14,502 nt of DNA, from positions 1 to 14,502 of the forward strand of contig NZ_MPKA01000142.1 of NCBI RefSeq assembly GCF_001945605.1, in the 5' to 3' direction. Each line of letters begins with the position of its first letter. The first letter of the stretch is position 1. Position numbers and translations under genes: made by a program. Of this stretch, positions 7,988 to 14,432 are shown in pieces. Source of the stretch: Dubosiella newyorkensis (lineage in GTDB: Bacteria; Bacillota_I; Bacilli_A; Erysipelotrichales; Erysipelotrichaceae). Under the pieces are notes generated by a model, which saw nothing but the letters and a program-made list of their open reading frames with translations, had not been told where the DNA came from and searched no databases.

Positions 7988-9244
7988 CTAGACTGAATCG
8001 CTTAAAGTTTGATTTTGAACAAGGTCGGTTAGCTCTTTTTGGTAGTGAAGAGCCCATTCGAGATTTTCGCTTTTTTCAGAGAGTTCGATTAAACATTCCA
8101 AGATCCATGATCGCAAAGGATCCATATCAAATGCTTTGATGCTTTCTTTGAAATTTTCAATAGCTAAATAATAGTTGCTCTGATACCAAGCTACAATTCC
8201 GTCGATCAATAAACTCCAAGGAATCAGTTCGTCAAAAGAATTTACCATTTTTTTATTATCCAGGAGAAAGTCTTTGGCTTTATAAACAAAACTATAAAAG
8301 CAAGAATCATTCAATCGAAAAGCCGAAAAAATGATAATCAAATATAGAAACGGTTTTTCAGATGTCGTCTGAAGAGCTTGTTGTGCGTATATAAGGGCAT
8401 TTAGCGAGTCTTTTTTTCGAAAATGTCCATAAGCGAGCAAGGAAAGACAACTTTCGTATAAATCCGAGTCAAGAACAGATTTTTCTAAAAGAATACGATT
8501 TAAACATTGTAAAGATGATTGATAATCGCCTAAGTCAATCCGTATTTGTGCTTCCAAAAGAGAAAGCTGAATAAAACGAAAATACGATCCATATTGAAAT
8601 ACGAGAGATTTACATCGATTTAAGTATTGTAAAGCTTCTGTAAGCTTTTGTCTAAAATACGTATTCATAGAAAGATGTAAATTAATCATGAAAGAATTTG
8701 GATCGTAGAAATAAGCTTGGAGGAGATAGCTTGTTTCAGAATCGATATCGTTCGCATGAATTCCAAGTAAATGATAATAAATCGCAAGTTCTTTTGAAGA
8801 GTAGAATTCGATTCCAGACTCAATTAAACTTCGCAATTCCTCAATCTTTTTTTCATCTTCTTCATCGCATACTAATTTGTATAATTCTATTAATAAATAT
8901 TGCGGAAACAAAAAAGACGCAATCAAAAATCGATCAGAGAGGATTTGATCAATCAATTCTTTTCTCTTCTCATTTTGCAATGAACAATGTAGAAAATCAA
9001 TTTCATTTATTTGAGCGAGAAGCTTTTCTTTTTCTTGCATGTTGTTTTTGAAGGAAGGGAAGTCGAAAAGATGAGCAAACTGATTACGACCTTCCTCATC
9101 CAGATTGCTGATGCCCTTTTCAATAGAACGAATCATTGAATAAGAGTAATGTGTTTGATGGGCTAAAGCATCCAATGTCCAGCTATATTTCTTTCTCATC
9201 GTATTCACGAAAAAGCCGAAAATCCGTGATTCTGTTTGATTCAT
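7988..9244 (-). CDS. RNPP-type (NprR/PlcR/Rgg-like) transcriptional regulator: N-terminal XRE-family HTH plus a long TPR-like helical repeat domain
   Basis: 418 aa from the ATG at 9244, with SD AAAGGAA 6 nt upstream. The track start at 9259 is a TTG lying inside that SD. The HTH is FGFFVNTMRKKYSWTLDALAHQTHYSYSMIRSIEKGISN. The remainder is helical-repeat-like, with recurring Y/L/A-rich ~34-aa units. It is divergent from the rSAM operon. Confidence 0.7.
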   Translation of the reverse strand: MNQTESRIFGFFVNTMRKKYSWTLDALAHQTHYSYSMIRSIEKGISNLDEEGRNQFAHLFDFPSFKNNMQEKEKLLAQINEIDFLHCSLQNEKRKELIDQILSDRFLIASFLFPQYLLIELYKLVCDEEDEKKIEELRSLIESGIEFYSSKELAIYYHLLGIHANDIDSETSYLLQAYFYDPNSFMINLHLSMNTYFRQKLTEALQYLNRCKSLVFQYGSYFRFIQLSLLEAQIRIDLGDYQSSLQCLNRILLEKSVLDSDLYESCLSLLAYGHFRKKDSLNALIYAQQALQTTSEKPFLYLIIIFSAFRLNDSCFYSFVYKAKDFLLDNKKMVNSFDELIPWSLLIDGIVAWYQSNYYLAIENFKESIKAFDMDPLRSWILECLIELSEKSENLEWALHYQKELTDLVQNQTLSDSV

Positions 9245-9261
9245 AGTATTTCCTTTCAAAA

Positions 9262-9396
9262 TAGCAGATATTATTGGATTAAAAATCCAGAAAAACTATA
9301 ATATTATTTTGTTCAATTAAGATAAAAATCAGTTATATAGGATTTGTTTATAAAGCTTTGGCTTAAGAACAATAAAATGATGTAAAATATCTGCTA
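9262..9396. repeat. Pair of 11-nt inverted repeats in the regulator/rSAM intergenic region (candidate operator half-sites)
   Basis: TAGCAGATATT (9262-9272) and its exact reverse complement AATATCTGCTA (9386-9396). Confidence 0.4.
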
Positions 9397-9512
9397 CTTA
9401 ATTTGTTGCGTTGATAGTTATTTAATTCTATCATAAAGGTGTCAAGAATAGAATAGATGATATTGAATAAACAGGTTGTTAGACAATTAATCTATTAAAG
9501 AGAGGTAAGAAA

Positions 9513-10757
9513 ATGCAGTTTGAACCAAAAGAAGATGAAGTGTATTTTTGTGAGGACGAAGGATACGGTATAGTCTATTCACATGAGAAAAAATCGCTTT
9601 ATAAAATCTCTTCAGAACAAGCTAAAAAGTTAAAAGAAATCAAAAAAAGACAATCAATAATTAAAAGTGATTCAAGAGAAATTGTAAATTTTGATAATTC
9701 AAATTTAAAGAAAATAGAATTAATTATGAGCACAGCGTGTAATTTGAAATGTGATTATTGTTTTGCAAATGGTGGAAATTATAATTTAAAAATTAGAAAT
9801 ATAAAAATTGATGTTTTAGATAAAACTATAGAATTAATTGAAAAATCAAAAAATGTAAATGAAATTGTTTTTTTTGGTGGAGAACCAACCCTTGCAGAAA
9901 AAGAAATAGAATATTTATGTGAAAATTTAAGAAGAAAAGGTCTATTTCCTAAATATAAGATAGTGACAAATTTATATCAATTGAGCAATCAATTGATTGA
10001 TATCATTTATAAGTATAATATAATTATAACTATTAGTTTAGATGGACCAGAATGGATAAATAATAAAAGAAGAAAAGCTCGTGATGGGGGGAATGTATAT
10101 CAGAGAGTTGTAAATAATGTTGAGAGATTAAATAACAAGGGTATAAATATAAAAGCAATTGAAGCTACTTATATGACTACTCATAAAGAAGCTGGATTCA
10201 GTAAAGAAGAATTGAAGGATTTTTTTAAAGACAATTTTAAAATAGATGATATTTATATTGTTGATGAACTTAATGAAAAAGAAAATGAAGTGGAATCAGA
10301 AATTGGAAACCTATTTCAAAAAAATAATTTAGAAAGTTGTGATCTTTTGTTTTTATCTAGTTATTTCCAAGAAAATAAGAAATTATATGGAATTTGTAAC
10401 AGTGGAATTTCAAGCATTTGTATTGATCCTCAAGGATATATTTATCCATGCCATTTATATATTAATAAGAATTATTCTTTAGGAAATATTTTAAATGGAA
10501 AAATAAAAAGCTTTAAAGAAATAAATTGGATTAGAGAAAAACTTGGTTGTTATAATTGTTCAGCAAGATATTCATGCAATATTTGTTTAGCCCATTGTTT
10601 AATCTCTAATACTTCTTTAGAAGATAAATGCATGAAAGTTAAAAAAGAGAATTCAAAACTAGTTTATAAAATGTTTCGTTATTTAGATACACACAATTTA
10701 CAAAATTTAAACAAAGGAGAAAATAATGGAAGAGATCAAATTAGAAGTTTTGAATGA
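9513..10757 (+). CDS. Radical SAM / SPASM-domain peptide maturase
   Basis: 414 aa. CNLKCDYC (C76/C80/C83, nt 9738-9761) is the CX3CX2C motif. A GGEP motif (FFGGEPTL) is present. The C-terminal Cys-rich region has CNSGISSICIDPQGYIYPC (GX4C) followed by CYNCSARYSCNICLAHC...C. The N-terminal ~60 aa look like an RRE/PqqD-type leader-binding module. SD GAGAGG lies 7 nt upstream. Confidence 0.85.
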   Translation: MQFEPKEDEVYFCEDEGYGIVYSHEKKSLYKISSEQAKKLKEIKKRQSIIKSDSREIVNFDNSNLKKIELIMSTACNLKCDYCFANGGNYNLKIRNIKIDVLDKTIELIEKSKNVNEIVFFGGEPTLAEKEIEYLCENLRRKGLFPKYKIVTNLYQLSNQLIDIIYKYNIIITISLDGPEWINNKRRKARDGGNVYQRVVNNVERLNNKGINIKAIEATYMTTHKEAGFSKEELKDFFKDNFKIDDIYIVDELNEKENEVESEIGNLFQKNNLESCDLLFLSSYFQENKKLYGICNSGISSICIDPQGYIYPCHLYINKNYSLGNILNGKIKSFKEINWIREKLGCYNCSARYSCNICLAHCLISNTSLEDKCMKVKKENSKLVYKMFRYLDTHNLQNLNKGENNGRDQIRSFE

Positions 10758-10860
10758 AATAAAATTAGATGAAAAAGAATTAGAAGAATTGAAAGAGTTC
10801 CAACTCAATCTAGCTAATGGAGGAGCAGGAGGAGGAATTGTTTGCTATTGTAAAACATGA
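10726..10860 (+). CDS. Putative RiPP precursor peptide (44 aa), absent from the supplied ORF track
   Basis: The ATG at 10726 is preceded by AAGGAGA (10714-10720, 5-nt spacing). Translation: MEEIKLEVLNEIKLDEKELEELKEFQLNLANGGAGGGIVCYCKT*. The stop TGA is at 10858-10860. It overlaps the last 32 nt of the rSAM gene in another frame. It has an acidic amphipathic leader, a Gly-rich hinge and a short Cys-containing C-terminal core. Confidence 0.7.
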   Translation: MEEIKLEVLNEIKLDEKELEELKEFQLNLANGGAGGGIVCYCKT

Positions 10861-11204
10861 TTCTAATTTCATTTAAGGAATTTTGATAAGTTTTATTTTT
10901 TAAGAATATACATAGGCTCATGTTGAAAATATATTAGAAGTTTTAATCTACAGAAAAACATAATTAATATCAAATAATATATTTAATATATGAATTCTAC
11001 TTTACGTGTTTTAAATTGAAATAGTAAGTTATATTTTGTAAATTGTTGTATAAAAAAGGAGCTGTAGATTATTTCCATTTACAAAGCATATATTTTAAAT
11101 ATTATAATACATTAAATTGTATATTTATATAGCTTCTAGAAGAAATTAATACAACTCCTTTAAATATATATATAAAATTTTAAATAAATAAAATAAATGG
11201 AAAA

Positions 11205-11561
11205 ATGTTTAAACTAAATTTACTAAACAAGCAATGGGAAATTGCTTATCTAGGATGTATTAAAAAAGGAAGTATAATCATTTTGGGGGGACCTTTTACT
11301 AATTATTCTAATGATTTTGTAATTATTCCTCCTAATATACTTATGAAATTATTAGTGTTTTGCGTAAAAAATGATTTGAGTCCAATAATAATTCATAACC
11401 ATACAAATAACAGCTCTTTTTCTATTCCTGATAGAAATTTTTTGAAATCTATTGAAGAAATATATTATAGAAATGGAGGAAGTAAATTCATTTATTTGGG
11501 GTTAATAAATTCAAAGACAGGAGATTCAAAAGTTATTTGTAATAAAAGTAGGAGAAAATAA
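11205..11561 (+). CDS. Small (118 aa) protein with a JAB/MPN (JAMM)-like metallopeptidase motif pattern; function unproven
   Basis: E12 sits in WEIAYLG. A beta-strand-like segment SPIIIH64NH66TNNSSFS73IPD76 (nt 11394-11432) gives HxH-x6-S-x2-D, against the canonical JAMM HxH-x7-S-x2-D. The stop overlaps the ABC start (TAATG at 11559-11563). Its own SD is weak. Confidence 0.45.
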   Translation: MFKLNLLNKQWEIAYLGCIKKGSIIILGGPFTNYSNDFVIIPPNILMKLLVFCVKNDLSPIIIHNHTNNSSFSIPDRNFLKSIEEIYYRNGGSKFIYLGLINSKTGDSKVICNKSRRK

Positions 11562-13171
11562 TGAAAAAATACTTTATAAATAATAAAAATATTTGTATAA
11601 AATATTTATTCCTGATGATCATGAATGGCTTGATTCCAGTTTTTAGCGCTCAATGGATTACATGGGTTACAGGATATGCTTTAGGAGAAAATGATGAGTT
11701 AGTGAACTTAGCCCTTTCTTTAGCATTTATGAGTGGATATACAATAATTGTTTATTTATCATACGATAGAATTAAACGAAAATATAAAGAATCTATGATG
11801 ATAGAAATAGAGCAAGAAATGATGGATGCTGTTGTCTTGCAACCACAACAATCTTTCCATCGGTACGATTCGAGTTTCTATACATCATTTTTTCTTAATG
11901 ACCTTAAAATGTTGGAAGATTCATATTTCTCTCAAGTCCCAACTTTAATTTCAGGAATTGTACAGATTATTTTTACAAGTGTTTATGTAGTGGTATCGGT
12001 AAATGGCTGGATATTGCTTTATTTTATTTTATCTAGTTTTATTCTTTTATGGATACCAAAATATATGAGTCAAAAGATTCAAGAAAAAGCTCAATTCGCT
12101 ACTAAACAGGCTGGTGAATTGACTGCCTTTTTAAAAGAAACGTTTCAAGGATTTGATACTTTAGCAGGAAATAATGTTCAAGAACTTTATACAGAACACT
12201 CATTAGATCACTTTTTACACTATGAACTGGCAAAACAGAAAGTAAACTGGCTTACTATGATTTCTAGTTCTCTTTCCAATGGATGTGGACTGTTTTTTCA
12301 GTTCGTTTTGCTGTTTATATTAGCAATTTGCGTAACGGAAGGAAAAATAAAGGCAGAATATCTGATTTCGATCACCTCAATCTCAGGGACATTTATGAAT
12401 GGTGTTTTTACAATAACAGAAGCATTTTCCAATTTGCAAACTTCTAGACCAATCATTAAAAAAGTGCAAGAATTTCAAAACAATCCACGTATTTCATCAG
12501 AAAAAAAACGATCTTCTGTTAAATATATAGTTTTAAAAAACGTTGATTATTCGATAAACAATAAAGTGTTAATTGACAATTGTTCGTATGTTTTCGAGAA
12601 AGGAAAGAAATATTTGATAATTGGAAAAAGCGGAAGTGGGAAATCGACATTATTTAATTTACTTAATGGACGTATAAGTTGTAATAAAGGAAAAATAGAG
12701 TTTAGGAAACTAAATCATGATTCTTGTTCGTTTCCCCTCTACGAAGAAATCACTACAATTTCACAAAAACCTGTCTCTTTTCAAGGAACCGTAAAAACGA
12801 ACATTCAAATGAATAGATTCTTAGATGATAAAAAAATCAAGAAGCTTTTAGAAAAAGTCAATCTTCCATTATCGGTTTTAGATCAGCCGATCACAGAAGA
12901 TAACACTTCTGTTTCAGGAGGAGAATTACAACGAATTTCGATCGCTAGAGCTCTAGCAGATCCACGTTCATTTTTATTATGTGATGAAATTACTGCTAAT
13001 ATTGATCCCAATAGTGCGAGTATAGTTGAACATGCTGTGACTTCTGTTAAAGAAACAGGAATTTTATATATAGCTCATCATTATACGAAAGAAACGATAA
13101 AGAGATTTGATGTAATATTAGAACTAAAAAATGGAAAGCTAATAGATGTTACTTCACAATTCAATAACTAA
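11561..13171 (+). CDS. ABC exporter half-transporter (6-TM domain plus NBD) with no N-terminal C39 peptidase domain
   Basis: 536 aa. Walker A is GKSGSGKST (aa 355-363), Q-loop ISQKP, signature VSGGELQRISIARAL, Walker B FLLCDE, H-loop YIAHH. The hydrophobic N-terminal ~300 aa begin at residue ~13. SD AGGAG is at 11550-11554. Confidence 0.85.
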   Translation: MKKYFINNKNICIKYLFLMIMNGLIPVFSAQWITWVTGYALGENDELVNLALSLAFMSGYTIIVYLSYDRIKRKYKESMMIEIEQEMMDAVVLQPQQSFHRYDSSFYTSFFLNDLKMLEDSYFSQVPTLISGIVQIIFTSVYVVVSVNGWILLYFILSSFILLWIPKYMSQKIQEKAQFATKQAGELTAFLKETFQGFDTLAGNNVQELYTEHSLDHFLHYELAKQKVNWLTMISSSLSNGCGLFFQFVLLFILAICVTEGKIKAEYLISITSISGTFMNGVFTITEAFSNLQTSRPIIKKVQEFQNNPRISSEKKRSSVKYIVLKNVDYSINNKVLIDNCSYVFEKGKKYLIIGKSGSGKSTLFNLLNGRISCNKGKIEFRKLNHDSCSFPLYEEITTISQKPVSFQGTVKTNIQMNRFLDDKKIKKLLEKVNLPLSVLDQPITEDNTSVSGGELQRISIARALADPRSFLLCDEITANIDPNSASIVEHAVTSVKETGILYIAHHYTKETIKRFDVILELKNGKLIDVTSQFNN

Positions 13172-13595
13172 TATTTTAGATTCAGAAAAAATATTATTAT
13201 GTATCTGATTAACTCTAACAAGAAGTGTTTAGCATGATCTCTTTGAAAAAATTGGATGTAGTTCCATAAGAACGAAATAAATAGCTCGTAGAACACGTTA
13301 AGAGAATCAGAGACAATAGCTCAACGAATGAAACGTGTTATTCGAAAATAAAATAAATGAAAGTTTACTATCCTAGCAGAGTTCAAGAATATTTGGAAAT
13401 CATATCAAGAAGCATCTGGGGAAATGACCAATTTATATAAGAGAATTAAGAAACAACGATTATGAGCTTACCTAGACGCTTGTTAGAATTATAATATAAA
13501 AATTATTTCATATTTTATATCTCCTATTGAACAGATGTATTAGTTAAAAGCTAAAATCAATAGAAATCAAAATCTCAAAAATAGGTTTAAAAAGA

Positions 13596-14273
13596 TCATT
13601 CACTTCGCTTTTTAGCTGCGACAAGAGCGCAAAAATCCTCCCTAGGCTGATAACAAAGAACTTCTTCCTCGATCAGAGGCGCTTGGATCCATTTCTGGCC
13701 CCCATTTAGCGCTGTATCCGCGATGGCGATCATGATCTTAGTAGGGATCGAAAACGAAGAGAGTGGCTGGTTGAGAAGCTCTTGTTGCGTATATTCCGTT
13801 CTTTCTAAGAACGCGTCATTGATATAGTGGATAACCCCATTCATTCCGCTTCCGTTTCCATCGTATTCCATACCGATCAATAAAAAGGGAAGAGGGCAAT
13901 GATCGAATATGGAACACTGATAATCGATCGAGAGCGCTTGCCGGTTTTTTGACTTATTATATTTCTTTTCTTGCTCATATTTGACCGTTCTAGGTAGTCG
14001 AGCTCTTCCTTTGAAGACCATTCCGTCTTCCATCGTATAAAGGTCGTCTTTTACGCTGTAGATCTTTGAAGTCGAGAGCGCGATCCCTTTATTGACATTC
14101 AAGAATTCTTGGACGGGAAGTTCGTCCAAGATCGCCTTTAAAGGCGTAAATGTATCGATGATCCGTCCATCGATCAAGAAGATATTCGTCTTTCCGTTTT
14201 CGCGTTTGATGTATTTGATCTCCGGGATCTCGATATGGTGCTTGTTGAAAAATTTAATGAGTTTTGTATCCAT
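13596..14273 (-). CDS. LytTR DNA-binding domain protein with a C-terminal PAS-like domain and no receiver domain
   Basis: The LytTR-like segment is IPEIKYIKRENGKTNIFLIDGRIIDTFTPLKAILDELPVQEFLNVNKGIALSTSKIYSV..YTMEDGMVFKGR. The PAS-like segment is LPFLLIGMEYDGNGSGMNGVIHYINDAFLERTEYTQQELLNQPL. The start is ambiguous. I prefer the ATG at 14273 (225 aa) because a near-consensus promoter sits inside the longer 14348 reading. Confidence 0.6.
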   Translation of the reverse strand: MDTKLIKFFNKHHIEIPEIKYIKRENGKTNIFLIDGRIIDTFTPLKAILDELPVQEFLNVNKGIALSTSKIYSVKDDLYTMEDGMVFKGRARLPRTVKYEQEKKYNKSKNRQALSIDYQCSIFDHCPLPFLLIGMEYDGNGSGMNGVIHYINDAFLERTEYTQQELLNQPLSSFSIPTKIMIAIADTALNGGQKWIQAPLIEEEVLCYQPREDFCALVAAKKRSE

Positions 14274-14279
14274 ATCCGA

Positions 14280-14308
14280 ATTATAACAAACTTCAAATCT
14301 CCTTTCAA
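14280..14308 (-). promoter_or_regulatory. Near-consensus sigma-A promoter positioned for a leaderless transcript of the LytTR/PAS gene
   Basis: The minus strand reads TTGAAA (14308-14303), a 17-nt spacer ending in TGT, TATAAT (14285-14280), 6 nt, then ATG (14273). Confidence 0.4.
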
Positions 14309-14432
14309 AACTTGTTCGAAACAATGAATTACGGTGTATAAGTTGCATTCGAGGAATAGTTTTTGTATTATAGATCCCATCTTTTACAGTTTTAACAGTG
14401 CGAAAGGCGCCTATCTCCTTTATTTAAAGGGT

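Larger units (their letters stand above)
7540..13595. other. AT-rich accessory island carrying a regulated radical-SAM RiPP-like gene cassette
   Basis: Composition changes abruptly right after the 7496-7537 terminator and returns to core-like GC at the 13596 gene. Island ORFs use strongly A/T-ending, Lys/Asn/Ile-rich codons. I recognised no integrase, transposase or flanking direct repeat longer than 8 nt. Confidence 0.7.

Noticed and set aside
8698-9051. 117-aa plus-strand ORF inside the regulator gene
   Set aside because: It is antisense to a gene with a clear HTH and SD. It has no SD of its own and is typical of the open shadow frames seen in AT-rich DNA.
9363-9434. 23-aa minus-strand ORF (MIELNNYQRNKLSSRYFTSFYCS) in the divergent intergenic region, plus the 13-codon plus-strand ORFs at 9342-9383 and 9457-9498
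   Set aside because: They have no usable SD (the upstream sequence is CACCTTT, or the spacing is too short) and no SHP/XIP-like character.
7540-13595. Direct repeats (att-like) flanking the island
   Set aside because: By eye I found only 8-nt coincidences (CAATAGAA; GATCATTC) between 7540-7990 and 13172-13600. That is too short to mean anything in AT-rich DNA, and a proper repeat search is needed.
13172-13595. Possible gene remnant or small ORFs in the right junction, for example the 27-aa MKVYYPSRVQEYLEIISRSIWGNDQFI at 13357-13440, and an A/T-only hairpin ATATAAAA/TTTTATAT near 13494-13520
   Set aside because: No SD and no recognisable family. The hairpin is A/T only and has no T-tract context. 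It could be decayed sequence, but the evidence does not support a call.
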